A stretch of DNA of 64,000 nt from Octopus sinensis. Its lineage: Eukaryota. Below the pieces are notes generated by a model. That model was given only the letters and a program-made list of their open reading frames with translations. It was not told the origin of the DNA and searched no databases. Position 1 is the first letter of the stretch; each line of letters begins with the position of its first letter. Positions 13,156 to 27,141 of this stretch are shown piece after piece. The translations under genes and the position numbers were made by a program. Location of the stretch: NCBI RefSeq assembly GCF_006345805.1, contig NC_043000.1, forward strand, positions 77,872,001 through 77,936,000, in the 5' to 3' direction.

Positions 13156-14353
13156 GCAGTACCGTGCAAAAAGTGGATGCTTCGCATTGCGTTTTTTATA
13201 GATAAAACATAGGCCCTCTTGGAGTCATTTCCATACCTAATCATTATATTTTGTAGTAGGGGTTCTGAATAAGAGGGGAAGATGGCCGTGCAAAAGTTTT
13301 CGGCCACCTCACATAAACCAATCAAGATAGAGAGCTTTATAACAGAAAAATGTCTATAATGAAAATTTATTACATAATATTCTTTCCAAGAAGTATTTCG
13401 TGTGGCTTCTCTGAGCTTGAATAATTGCTTCGGCACGCCTGGAAAGAGATGCGTACAAATCCTTCACCATCTTCACAGGAATGAGATGCCATTCTCTTTG
13501 GCTGAGCTCTCACAACTCTTCAAGTTTGCGTGCTTTCTTCTGACAAACTCTTCTCTTTAGTTCTCGATGATATTTAAGGGCTCTAAGCTGACCAATCTTT
13601 CAATACGATAATACCTTCACCGCCCAGATTCTGTTGTGTTACACGCGATCTGTGGAATGGAGCACCGTCATGCTGAAAAATCTCACCTTCATCCAAGTCT
13701 GGTATCAAATTGCCCTTCAGTAATTGGATGTATTTGGCACTATTCAAGTTACCGTCAATTTTAAGTATCCCCAAAGCATCAGACTCTTACCACAAGCTTC
13801 ATTGTTTTCGTCGTGTAACGTCTGTCGTTTGGCTTTCCTGGAGGGCTTTTGACAAATTCTCGTTTATTAGAAAGTCAACACGGCCAACTGGGCGTATTTT
13901 TGGATTCTCTGGGCTTTCCAGTCAAGAGACGCCCCAACATTATTGTTCACTTCGCCACCTTCGTCCGTCCTCACTTTGAATACCGTTGTCTGCTGCGATC
14001 TCCCTACACGAGAAAGCAAAAATTATAAAAATTGAAGTATCTCAGTGATCACTCACAAAAAAAAAAAAACTTGACGACATAACAGGTCTTGATCATTGGC
14101 ATCGGCTCGAGATGCTCAAACTTTATTCTCTCCAATGCCGTTGTAAACGTTATATCACTTATATGATGCAGAAAAGATTCCACAAAAGAGAAGAAAAAGA
14201 TCTCATCACATTCAAACAGTTCCTGGATGAATATCTCCAACGCAATCCCGATAAATTTCTGCAAACACTTACTCTTTACTTAAATGTGTTATGTTACCCA
14301 AAGAATGACTGCAATATGAAACACCATTAAAAATCTTTTCCAGATGGTACTAT
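13156..14353 (-). mobile_element. Tc1-like DNA transposon relic
   Basis: Minus-strand peptides KIDGNLNSAKYIQLL, IFQHDGAPFHRS, VLKDWSA*SP..LNIIEN, DLYASLSRRAEAII..HTKY; TIR-like cagtaccgtgcaaaaagt at 13156; right end approximate. Confidence 0.85.
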
Positions 14354-14417
14354 TGTGTTAATCAAGGCTTGGGTCAATTCTGACCGAAATTTATCTTAGT
14401 ATTTATGTATTTTAGTA

Positions 14418-14559
14418 TCTATATATGCGTATGTATGTATGTATGTATGTATGTATGTATGTATGTATGTATGTATGTATGTATGTATGTATGTATGTAT
14501 GTATGTATGTATGTATGTATGTATGTATGTATGTATGTATGTATGTATGTATGTATGTA
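14418..14559. repeat. (ATGT)n microsatellite
   Basis: About 35 perfect tetranucleotide units. Confidence 0.98.
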
Positions 14560-15737
14560 CGTAAACACACAGGCACGCGTGCACACACACAGATATACAC
14601 ATACACACGTACATGTATATTTATATACCATAAAAGTCAGGAGGTGTGAGAGGTGTCTATATATTTATCTTAATTTGTGACATGTTTAGGATATGCCCGA
14701 TTTGCGACCTTTTTCCCGTTTTATTAATTTTAGTACTAAAGAAAATATGCTTGTATGTTTGCATTAATATGCATGCTCGGCCATGTGCAATACAATTGCA
14801 TATTCACAAATCAATTAAAAATATAAAGAGAGCTATCATATCGGATCACCACAACATCATGGTTGCACCAACGATTCAACATCTTAAGGATGTCAAGGTG
14901 TTAAATATATATTTTTCGCATACCTTCTGACATTTTATGGTTTACATACTTGTCATGAAATAATTTCATCGACTGAATCTTCTTGCTTTCAGCTGCATTG
15001 ACACTCAACATTACACTTCTCTGCACTGGAATTACTATGCGGACTGTTAGCTGAGTCTGTGAGAAGAGCTTTCTGCAATAGCCACACAATTCTTATAATC
15101 CACATCTAATACTACTGATCTGCCTGTCTGTCTGTCTGTCTTAATCTCTCTTTCTCTCTCCCTATATATACACACACATATATATCTTTTCCCTTACTAA
15201 ACTTCATGATATTGCTTATAATAAATCTTGATTTTTTTTATGACTATAGCAACGAGAATATCTGTCTATTACTTCAGTTCTACCCCTAACAGATACTGCC
15301 CTCTGTTCTCTCAACTTTAGATATATAAGGGATTTGATAAACTAGTCTATAAATTAAAACTGACCACATAAAAAAAAAATCAGAGGCAGGGAGAGTCTTC
15401 TTGATAATTTTAGTAACGTCTATGCTGAAGTAGAGACAATATGTTCTTTGTCTATCTCCTTAACTTCTTTGAGATTTTAGGTATAATTATACTAATGTGT
15501 CCATCTGTTCTAATTTAATTAAATTCTATGTTTTTATGCAGATGAAGATTGCTCTACATTTTAAATTTATGTAATGATTGCATTATTCAATTAAATGGAG
15601 TTGCATGAAACGATTGTACTGCATTACCTCTGGATATCCTTGTTGCTTATTTTGGTTTTAATCACCTTACTTTGAAATTGTATTGATAATACTGTACTAA
15701 ATTCTGGTGACTCAACTTATGTACCATATTCATCTGA

Positions 15738-15823
<86 letters not shown>

Positions 15824-16406
15824 ATCTATATATATATATATATATATATATCTTTCAAGTATCACTCGAAAAGGAGAGTGAGAGTAGGGAGGCAAGTTTT
15901 GTCTAGCGAATGTTTCAAAAAAAGATGGGTGAATGTAGCAAGGATGGCACGTATGAATGACGAAGCCACCTTGAGCAACATCCTATGAACCCGGAAAATT
16001 TAAAACAGAGGGTTACCTACTTGCAAACAAATGTGGTAACATGTAACATTATTGACCGAGGTTACCGTGGTCTTTTCCGTAGGCTTTTCTTCCCACGGAT
16101 AAACCTTATATGCTTCCCCCTTTACACTTTACATCATGACACTGTGATACACGATATCTATTGGTCGTTTCTTTCTTTTTATCTTTTCCTTTTTTGATCG
16201 AAAACCTACCCCACCCTTTTTTTCTCTCCCCCAAAAAGAAAAGCTCTACTTTGTAATCTGTCCCATCTGTGTGCAGCCCTGTGTGGCTAATAAAGAAACA
16301 TATCTATCTATCTATCTATCTATCCACATATATATATGTGTGTGTGTGAGTATGTGTGTGTGTGTATGTGTGTATGTGTATATTTATATATATATATATG
16401 TGTATG

Positions 16407-16460
<54 letters not shown>

Positions 16461-16667
16461 GTATTCCATTAGGAACATAGTCGTTTAGGTTGTCAAACCG
16501 TACTCCTTGTTGACTCACCTTTTCAATTATATATATGATATATATGATATATATATACCATACGCTTAGCTGTTTCTATTAATTTATATATATTATATAT
16601 ATATATTATATATATATATATACATGCATATAAATTAATAGAAACAGCTAAGCGTATGGTATATAAG

Positions 16668-16824
16668 AATTAAGCATATGGCGATCACCGTGCAACGACT
16701 AAGGAAAATAGTCTAATAAAGGGGCATATAAGTCCTCGACAGAAAAGAAAGAAGTCTTTCCTATCCGCGTGGGAGTCGAACCCACATCCCTTTGTTAACG
16801 CTTAGCTGTTTCTATTAATTTATA
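16668..16824 (-). repeat. tRNA-related repeat, left copy of an inverted pair
   Basis: Reverse complement of 18958-19116 with few mismatches; contains T-arm/B-box-like GTGGGTTCGACTCCCAC. Confidence 0.8.
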
Positions 16825-16834
16825 TGTATATATA

Positions 16835-17200
16835 TCTCTTATTATAAAAGGCAGATCTTATCTGCCTCCCTTTGGGAGTTATACAAATCTACAATATAGG
16901 ATTTCTTCAATTACAATTTACCTAGCAATTTTAAGAGTACAATGCATCGCGTCATGCCAGGTCCAGTTTTTAAAATTTAAACTCCAATTAAGCAAAATTT
17001 ACAGAAAACTCACATTCTGGTGTGTGTGTCAAATGCTTTTCTTAGTCTGGTTTACACCACACGCAAACGCACACACACAGTGGGCAGCGAATAAAATGAA
17101 AGTAATTTACTTACTGTAGTGAGTGATTCTTTCACTCTGCCTCCCACTTCCTATTTCAACACATAGACACGCAAATATATAAATAAAATTGTAAGCTAAC
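16835..17200 (+). mobile_element. Probable 5' portion of a non-autonomous Helitron
   Basis: A|TCTCTTATTATAAAAGGCAG start within a TA tract resembles the 5' ends at 18428 and 42467; no own 3' end identified. Confidence 0.5.
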
Positions 17201-17213
17201 GTGCGTGTGTGTG

Positions 17214-17245
<32 letters not shown>

Positions 17246-17377
17246 CGTGTGTGTGTGCGCGCGCGTGTGTGTGCGCGCGTGTGTGTGTGTGTGAGGGTGC
17301 GTGTGTGTGTGTGTGTGTGTGCGTGTGCGTGAGTGTGTGACAGGAAAGTTTTTTACGACGAATATAAGTAGCAGAAA

Positions 17378-17640
17378 GATAAGACAGTAAGGTGTGATTT
17401 GAGGGAGATTTGGCTGCTATTTCTACCATGTCTAGCTGCCATGTAGGGGTCTCCCTCATAGGCTCATACATACATATATACAAGATAAGACAGTAAGGTG
17501 TGATTTGGGGGAAATTTGGCTGCTATTCTACCAGGTCTAGCTACCATGTAGAGGTCCTCCTCATTGGCTCATATATATATACATACATAAGACAGTAAGG
17601 TGTGATTTGAGGGACATTTGGCTGCTGTTCTACCAGGTCT
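17378..17640. repeat. ~105-bp tandem repeat, 2.5 copies
   Basis: ataagacagtaaggtgtgattt... recurs near 17379, 17484 and 17587. Confidence 0.85.
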
Positions 17641-18009
17641 GTTAGGCTTTCTCATGTAAACTCAAGCTTTCTCATGCCTTGAACATAAGACCAAAGCAGA
17701 GAATGTATTCTTTTATTCTTCTGCTTTTTCCAGCCATTGGTCTGTGGCCATGCTGGGGCAATGCCTTGAAGAATTGTAGTTTAATGAATCAACTCCAGTT
17801 TTATTTTTGTAAGCATTGTACTTATTCTATCTGTTTCCTTCGTCAAACCACTAGGTGACAGGGATGTAAACAAAACAACATTCGTTGTCAAGCAGTGGTG
17901 GAGGACAATCACAAGCACAGACACGCACACACACACACATACATGCATACACATATACACACATACATACATACATACATATATATATATATATGTGTGT
18001 ATATATATA

Positions 18010-18265
18010 TTGCAGCGTGGAAGGTGTTTGTAAGCCATTTAAGAAACACACAAAAACCGTTACATTCACTTCAACATTTAAATTTCATTTGCCAAAATAT
18101 TTTCGTCGCTTTGAGACCGCGACCTGTTCACTGACAAAAATATCGTGCTAACAGGTCGCGGTCTCAAAGCGACGAAAATTTGACAAATTAAATTTAAATG
18201 TTGAAGTGAATCTAACGGTTTTTGTGTGTTTCTTAAATGGCTTATAAACACCTTCAACGCTGCAA
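18010..18265. repeat. Long fold-back (MITE-like), ~118-bp arms, 21-nt loop
   Basis: 18010-18128 is an imperfect reverse complement of 18150-18265 (e.g. tttcgtcgctttgagaccgcgacctgtt / aacaggtcgcggtctcaaagcgacgaaa). Confidence 0.92.
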
Positions 18266-18427
18266 CTGTTTTCGTTCCAGCACACGATCTCAGATCAAGT
18301 CACTTGCTATGCAAGTACATCTCTGTAACTATTTATATATTTATATATATATATATATGTATATTGGTAAAAACAGTAAGATAACAAAAGAAAGAAAGAG
18401 ACCTCAATATTATGTAAATAGAGGAAA

Positions 18428-18821
18428 TCTTTATATATAAAAGTGAGGTTGTGTGTCTGTCTCCTACGATTTAGATTCCTAACTACTCCCACATTTTGCG
18501 GTGCAGTTTAACCAAAACCGGGTATCTTATAGTCGTGATTCATATCGAGACCGTCTGGGTATTAGCGCGCGTCTACGATGAGTCTACGATTTTTAAAAAA
18601 ATTACCATCAATTTTTCCCATTTTTAATCCATTTTTGACATATATAAGGGAAGTAACTCTCTAAAATTTATTATTAAATCTCAGAACGTAAAAAGCTACA
18701 GTAACACCCCTCCCCCTTTGTGGTTAGCCATATTGAGATGGCTATTATACTTTACATCTCTAAAAATGCTTATATAGTTATTTCCCTTACAAACCCGAGC
18801 AACGCCGGGCGATACTGCTAG
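18428..18821 (+). mobile_element. Short non-autonomous Helitron
   Basis: 5' A|TCTTTATATATAAAAG; 3' CCCGAGCAACGCCGGG hairpin 8 nt upstream of CTAG|T; A-T insertion site. Confidence 0.8.
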
Positions 18822-18897
18822 TATATATATAAATAAATATATATATATATATATATACATACATACATATAAATTAATAGAAACAGCTAAGCGTATG

Positions 18898-18952
<55 letters not shown>

Positions 18953-18957
18953 ATACA

Positions 18958-19116
18958 ATATAATTAATAGAAACAGCTAAGCGTTAACACAGGGATGTGG
19001 GTTCGGCTCCCACGCGGATAGGAAAGACTTCTTTCTTTTCTATCGAGGACTTATATGCGCCTTTATTAGACTATTTTCCTTAGTCGTTGCACGGTGATCG
19101 CCATATGCTTAATTCC
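18958..19116 (+). repeat. tRNA-related repeat, right copy of an inverted pair
   Basis: Inverted copy of 16668-16824. Confidence 0.8.
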
Positions 19117-19124
19117 TATCTAAA

Positions 19125-19600
19125 ATATCATTATTATCGGCAAACTTTAGCATCGGGTGCTATCAAGTACCTGCAGAAAAAGGATTTAGCCCCTAAGGAC
19201 ATTCATGCTGACATGGTTGCTATATTAAGGAATTACATTCAAGTTTCATCAAGAGTACAAAAATGGGCAGCTGAACTTAGGACGGGAAAGGAAATCTTGA
19301 AGATAACTCAACGTTTGGACGTCCTGAAACTGCCATCATTGAGGAAAACATCGATCGTGTTCACTATATGCTGATAGATACAGGTGGTTGACTGGTGATT
19401 GCCTATAAATCAAATAGCCAATGCTACTAGCATATCCCGTGTGGAAGAGTTGAGACTATTCTGCACAAGCCCTTGCTTTCAGTGGCTGCTGTACGTGACT
19501 GTGACTTTGAAATGGTTGACCAAACTCCCTATTTTGCTGATTTGGCCTCAACTGACTATCATCTTTTCCCCAACATGAAAAAACACTTGGCCAAGAATCC
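19125..19600 (+). mobile_element. Internally deleted mariner transposase relic
   Basis: AIKYLQKKDLAPKDIHADMVA...VQKWAAE (HTH region); later DCDFEMVDQTPYFADLASTDYHLFPNMKKHLA (decayed YSPDLAPxD motif). Confidence 0.85.
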
Positions 19601-19634
19601 GCTGTCGATAACTTTTTTGTACGTACGTATGTAA

Positions 19635-19665
<31 letters not shown>

Positions 19666-20838
19666 TGTATGTATGTATGTATGTATGTATGTATGTATTT
19701 ATGTGTGTATGTATGTGTGTGCATGTATGTACGTATATACGTACGTACGTATGAATGGATGGATGTTTGTATTTACATACATACTTACGCGTGTGTATGT
19801 GTGTATTTATATAATTGAGTTTTGTGTTTTAACCTAGAAGAGAGTTATAAGATCCTAAAAGTGACGATTTGGATGCATTATTTTTCTTTATTACTTTGAT
19901 CTGGAAGATAAGTCAAAGCCCACAATCTTTATAGATTTCCAAAGACTGGTGAGGTTGATGCTGTTAACGTCCATCTACATGAAAACGTAAGTTTCATTGT
20001 TTTTGAGAGTTTCTGCGGAACAACCACATGTGTAGCTAATAATATTTTACGCCCTATTGTCAGTAGTTTACAGACAAAGCAAACATTAAACACAGTACTT
20101 CTTAATAACCGGGAACCAAAGTGTAGAGTACGATGGACAGACTCAAAAATCATTGACGCTTTGCTTTCTAATTATCGTGTGAGTATCGATATAATACAGT
20201 ACTATGGTCAAATGCAATATTGAACAAATTATTCCCTAATCACAGAAACAGATCTATGCGGTCACTCAGCCTCCTTTAGCAGTAACATCACCTTACTGTC
20301 TTTAAAAAAATGGCTAGAAATTTGATCGTAAAACCGTATAAAAACGCCGGAAAAAACCAGAATTGTCATGTGTGGAACGTCTTGGATGATAGGTTTGTTG
20401 GATCAGGGCTAATCTTTAGAATGACAACAATACCACCAAGAAGCAATAAAGAGCGCCTCCACCCAGAATTTGACTTGTCAGAAATCGCAAACAATTTCCC
20501 TCAAAAGTACGCACTACTCTCTAAAATAAAATAAAACAAGAATACCAAGACTAATGCAGTCCTAAGTATACTCTGCTCTAATGCGGACAAAAATACTGGA
20601 TAGCCACGTCCAGACAGCATTCATCATAGATCTACTTGATAAGTTTGACCTTGGACTAAACAACAACGACCATCGATCATGAACGGCAGCATTATACTAA
20701 TAAATATATTTAATTCCGTTCTACATGTGTTAAGAAAAGTTAGTATGTCGTGTGCAAAAGAGGAATGTGATATATCAGGTAATGTCCGTTCATCTGAGTT
20801 AGAGAGAGGCCGAAACTTTTGAAGCTCTATGTGTGTGT

Positions 20839-20880
<42 letters not shown>

Positions 20881-20926
20881 TTATAAGTATATGAAAAATG
20901 GAGTTGAACGACTAGTTAACAAATAT

Positions 20927-21021
20927 CCTTTATTCTCGACATATGTTTCGAAGGGTGCATATTCCTAATTCCGAAGGAATAAGGAGTACATTATGCAGAT
21001 TTCTCATCAGGAAAATCAAGG
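20927..21021 (-). ncRNA. Minimal type I hammerhead ribozyme with intact core
   Basis: Minus strand reads ccttgattttc-CUGAUGA-gaa...uuc-GAAA-CAUAUGUC-gagaataaagg: 11-bp stem I (1 mismatch, 1 G.U), long stem II, palindromic ACAUAUGU stem III, GUC triplet. Confidence 0.8.
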
Positions 21022-21172
21022 AACTTATGTCGACATCAAAATGCACAAAAAACTTTTAGCTGACCGCTCTCAAGGAGCCCATGGCGATAATGAGTGTCTC
21101 TTTATAAGGAGTGACGTCAGAGTGGCTGAATGTAGAAGAATCTAGAAGGTTCTAAAGGTTCAAGGGTTCAAA

Positions 21173-21247
<75 letters not shown>

Positions 21248-21666
21248 ATATATATAGAGAGAGAGAGAGAAACAGACAGACAGACTGTCTGTGTGCTTGT
21301 CCGTGTATGCATGTCTGCACACATAGCCACCTGTGTTTCATTCCCCATTACCGCCAAGAGTACAATTAATCGATATTTCCGATTCATTATTTCCCTCATC
21401 TTCCTTTGCTATAAAATCTCCTAACAACACTTGGGTCTGTATATCAATCATATTCTTCCTTGATTGATATAAATGTCCGCATTTAAAATGGTGCCACCAA
21501 GGCCATTATAGCTTATTAGTTTTTATACATGGCGGGATTCTGGGAAGTATCCGTTTACCAAATTTCACTGACAATTGATCAGTGAACGTGAGGCTTTAAC
21601 AGAAAGCATGATGGATGGACATGCATATGTTTGGGCGGCAACAAACTGTTAAACAAGCTATTAACG

Positions 21667-21708
<42 letters not shown>

Positions 21709-21709
21709 T

Positions 21710-21741
<32 letters not shown>

Positions 21742-22306
21742 TACCTACATGCACAGACACTCTTAGACACATACATATGCCTACCTTTACATATATGGGT
21801 ATGTGCATGTGTGCACGAGTATGTTTTTGTATATCTGTACGCATATCTAAATAAACATATGCACATACACGCAGATGTACATACACACACACACAACACA
21901 CACATTTACATTTATATATATGTATGTGTGTTTGTGCATATCAATAAGTATATCTACACATGCATACACACACACACATATACCGAGAGAAAAGAAAAAG
22001 GAGAAAGAAGGATAGAGAAAGGGAAAGATACAGGGAAAGAGAGAGAATGAAGGGACCGAGAAGCAGAATGTAACAGAAATGATGGCAAATAGCAACCCAA
22101 TGAAACCATCTGATAGCGTTACTTCTCGTTTTAAAAGCATGCAAAACAATTTGGATGAAGATAAATTTCTACAAGAGAAAAGTGCTAACTACTTTAAAAT
22201 AATACAGGAAATTGAGGATGGAATGATAAAATGAATACATAAATGAATAATATTGTTAGTTGACAAACATACAAGTTCACGTAAGAACATTTTTGAATAT
22301 CCATTA

Positions 22307-22372
<66 letters not shown>

Positions 22373-22402
22373 CCTATCTGCCTGTCTGTCTGTCTGTCTG
22401 TA

Positions 22403-22453
<51 letters not shown>

Positions 22454-25445
22454 TTATCTATCTATCTATTCATTTGTTTCTCTATCTCTTTGTATCTATC
22501 AATCGATTTGTCTATCTATCAATCTGTCTTTCTGCCTACTATCAATTTATTCTAATCACCTCTACCTGTTTGTATATTTGTATATATTGTCAACTTATTC
22601 TAATCACTCCTATATGTTTGTCTCTCTCTTTCGATGTGTGTGTGTGTATGTCCGTGCGTGCGTGCCTTTATACGAGTGTGTGCGTGTGCGTGTGCATGTA
22701 TGTGAAAATATCTACATTTTGCGCGTTTGTAATAGTGCCCCCTCCCACTCATCACTGCTTGACAATTTGAGTTGATTTGTTTATAACCCTGTAACTTAGC
22801 GGTTCACTTGTCTTGACAACAAAAATGGTCCTGATTGTGGAATCAAAGGTGTCTTAAGAATGCAAAATGAAGGAAAGCTACCGTGAGTTTTGTAACTCGA
22901 TCTCTAATATTTTACACTCGTAACGAAATAAAAATCTACGTGCTGTAGTGTAAGTCAAAAGACCCTGGACGTTCTCTTTTGACAACAATGCCGCGGAACC
23001 CCGTTAGAGTCCCTGTCGTTATATGAAGAAATTATTGTGAACATTACGTTGTAAAGGTCCTGTTCTTCAGTTGAAAATGTAAAATAAGTATTTATAAGTA
23101 GTTAAATATATTCGGACATATTTGTGAATAGTCATATTACCTTCTTGAGATTAAATAGCTACTCGTATATGTAAGCATATAAGACACATGTGTGCGTCTG
23201 TGTGCCTGCCTGTGCAACACACACACACACATACGATTTGGTGTATGAGAGTGATAATATGTTGTACATATCATTAGACACACACGCATTCACGCACACT
23301 CGCACATACACACATATGCACACATGCGCGTGCATAACGAAGTGTGTATGTGCGTGTAGTTTACGTAGTGTCTACATAAAGATAAAGATATCACAAACTT
23401 AAGAAGTAGTGTTTGAAAGAAATCGCAACAATATCATCTGTAGGCTCATCATCTTTGGCATTATTCTCTCTTTATTCTGCATTTGTTCCCCACTCTTCCT
23501 TATCCTCCTCCTCTCCTTCTCATCCTCCCCTCCTCCCTTCTTTCTCCTTCTCCCCTCCCTTCATTCTCTCCTCCTCCGCTTTCTCTGTGTTTATGTGTAT
23601 AAATACATATATGCAAGTGTGTTTATGTGTGTATAAATGTATATATGTGCGTGCGTGCGTGTGTGTATACATATATACATATATTCACCATATACCATTA
23701 TAGCTGTTCAATAATATGGTTTTATACGATACATTCTTAATCTCTTTACACCAATTTGCAAATGTATTTGAGAACTGACATCACGGTGTATTGATGAATC
23801 ACCAGACTTCATGGAAATATTTCTTTAGTTATCTTCAGAGAATGAGATGATATATGATAGTGAATCAACGTTGATCAGAAGTCAATGGAGGTTACCAATA
23901 GGAAAGAGTGTGGGGTCATACAAGGTTATAGTCTGTCGCATATTCAATTCACTATCAAAATGATTATTTGAACTGCTGCTTTAAAATACGGATCTTGTTT
24001 TTTTTCTCCTCATATACACGGTGTCACAAATATTTAGGTTTCTTGAGTCGGTGTGTCGCTTACAAATTTCTTAAGGAAGTGGAACCATCCAAAAATTAGA
24101 TGACCTGTCTTTAAGTGAATAGAAATCTTACTCTGCTAGCTCTTCAAACCAAACAGTGTAAGGACTCGACAAGTACTGATTTTGTTATTGTCTCCGAGAA
24201 CCATATATTTATAAGATATTGTTGAATTTATACTTCTTTATCCTGGCATTAAGAAGAGGGAAATAAATTTATAGAGAGATCGAACCTGGGAGTCTAAGCA
24301 TCGACGGCCGAAAACCTACTTACTATCTACTGTATTATTTTAAATAGTTTCAAATTATGACATAGTTTCTCTCTTCGTAACGAGATTATTTTAAGTTGCT
24401 GTTATTGTTGTTCACTCCCTGGTCAATGTTGAACCTGTAGGCCTGCGAACATTGGCATTCCAGCCGCGGCCATATCATCTTCCTATAAGAGTACCATATT
24501 ATCCATTCTTAAAACGGTAGGGGGTGATTAAAAGATACATAGTAGATCTAAGTCTATATTATCTAGTATACTACTGTTTCAAGAGAGCAGAATGTGATTT
24601 GGAAGAGGTTCGGTTACTATTTCCAATAAATCACATGAAGACTTAGAGGTCCTATCGTTTGCTTGCACGCAATAATTAACTGAAGAAATACTCTCACCAC
24701 CTAAATTAATCATTTACCTTTCTTCACAAAACTTCATTTTCAGAACTCTGAGGTAGAAAACTAATCTTTACATATAATCAATTTGACAACTGCTAATGTG
24801 TGCGAGCATGCGCGCGCGTGGTTTGGTGCTACCATATTTAATGTTGGCAACTACAAATTATATGGTGGATAAAAAATATGGCTCATTGAATATTATTGCT
24901 TCGGCAAGCATGGGACATGACAACTGTGCATGTTTCTGCATTATTACAACTTTGTCATTGGAAGCGTAAAGTTTCTCATTCTTGCCACAAAAGAAATGAG
25001 AGACTTAGTAAATGCTAAAAAATGTACACTTGTTGGCAGAGAAGATATTGAATTGTTTCGAAAAAAGATGATGCAGTGATTTCATCAGCGATATATCTTG
25101 TTGAAGTTTTTTAGTCCTCCTTAAATATTTTGGGTCGAAAGATGTCGACGATTCTATCGAGCCACAGATAAAACCTTGTTATGTTTCACAAGAAATAACA
25201 CTCCTAGAATGAGAGACTGCTACATTATCCAGATTGATTTCAGGTTGCAACTAACGAAGCTCACGTTTATTTCCGTAGTGCCCTCACTATTAACTTAAAA
25301 GGAATCTACAGCTTTCAGCAGTTTCTAGTTTCTAGAGATTATTGAATAATAAGAATTAAAGAACCTGCTGAAGTAATGATCCCTGAATATAATTGTTGTG
25401 TGTTTGCTTACAAACATATCAAAAACATGCTTGCTTACACTAGAG

Positions 25446-25675
25446 CATTAGTTCTCAACTACTTTTTTACCTATGAACTTTTATTTTTATTTTCCTTACT
25501 GAACTCTCATAGCCATTTGATGCTTTAAAAAATCCTATGATATTTTTATGATTAAATATCATTAAGAACTGCATAAAAACTGTTAAAATATTTTGCGCAT
25601 TGTTGAAATATAACCAATTTATTGCTCATAAACTTTAAGAACAAAGGTCATGTGGAGTCCGGTTGAGAGCCATTA
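25446..25675. mobile_element. hAT/Charlie-type MITE
   Basis: Imperfect TIRs cattagttctcaac / gttgagagccatta; 8-bp TSD cactagag / cactagaa. Confidence 0.75.
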
Positions 25676-25707
25676 CACTAGAACCTGTCTCGAGATATCC
25701 TTTAGTT

Positions 25708-26056
25708 CAGTGATTCTCAACCATTTCTTACCTATCAACTTTCTTGATTCTTTTTTTACTCTGATGGACTCCCATAGCCATTCAATGTTTACAAACTAGC
25801 TTTATAGACGCTCCTTTGAAAATTCTTATTTTACTTTTCACACATAAACTTGTGGAGATTGAACTATGTTAGAGATATTCCATATTAGAGATAAACTATG
25901 TGGAGATTGAACTACGTTAGAAGAAACTTAACTGTTTCTTGCAAAATCTTTTCATGGAGCCTTAAAATACTATAAAGGATTGTCAGTTTACTAGTTTACT
26001 TGCATGGAACCCCAAAAGCCTTTTATGGACCTTCATTCACTGCTTGAGAACCACTA
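25708..26056. mobile_element. hAT/Charlie-type MITE
   Basis: TIRs cagtgattctcaa / ttgagaaccacta; TSD ctttagtt / ctttagag. Confidence 0.75.
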
Positions 26057-26520
26057 CTTTAGAGCTTATTGCAACTCTAAATATGTGATTCTGCTAATCA
26101 TTTATTGAAATAAATGAGAAAGAGAGTGATGGGAGCGCTACTGTCAGCTCTCTGTTGACCATATTGTATAAGGAAATGATTTTAATAATGGCAGACACTT
26201 GCAATGATGTTAATGTTTACTGGATAGTTGGTCGGTTAGTGGGTGGTTTGATTAGTTCATTGTTAGATATTATAATAATGGCGGAAGAAACTGCAATAAA
26301 CAGCAATTTTAACCTCAGATGTTGAATAAGTGTTAACATTAAATGTGACATTTAACAGAATATCTACATTTGTTGTCAATATTGCTGGATGTTAATGGAT
26401 GTTCAAAGGAAGCAGAGAGACAGAGAGTTTCGGAGAAATAATAAGAGAGATATAATAAGAGAAAGAAAGAGATGAGGGGCAACAATATTTACATACACGC
26501 GTACATACACACATTGAAAC

Positions 26521-26594
<74 letters not shown>

Positions 26595-26601
26595 GCATAT
26601 A

Positions 26602-26688
<87 letters not shown>

Positions 26689-26914
26689 GTGTATCTGTGT
26701 GTGTGTGTGATATTTATTACTATTGAAGCTAAATAAGTGACATACGTGCTCTAATCAACACATGAAACTTTCGACTATTGAGCCATTTATTTAGATTTAT
26801 AGATAAATTATACGTACATATAGACACACACACAAACACACAAACTCACACTTACATACATACATACATACACACATACATACATATACATATATATATA
26901 TGTATATATATGTG

Positions 26915-26949
<35 letters not shown>

Positions 26950-27088
26950 GTATGTGTGTGTTTGTGTGTGTGTGTATCTATGTATGTATATAACATATAT
27001 ACACATGTATGTATGCATATTTATACATGTACTAAGAGGGAGAAACAAGAGAAAGGAAGGGAAACAGAGAATGTGCGAGAGAGTGAAA

Positions 27089-27141
<53 letters not shown>

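Noticed and set aside
19040-19060. A functional tRNA gene in the inverted repeat pair (T-arm-like motif nearby)
   Set aside because: Only a T-arm/B-box-like segment is present; I could not fold a full cloverleaf.
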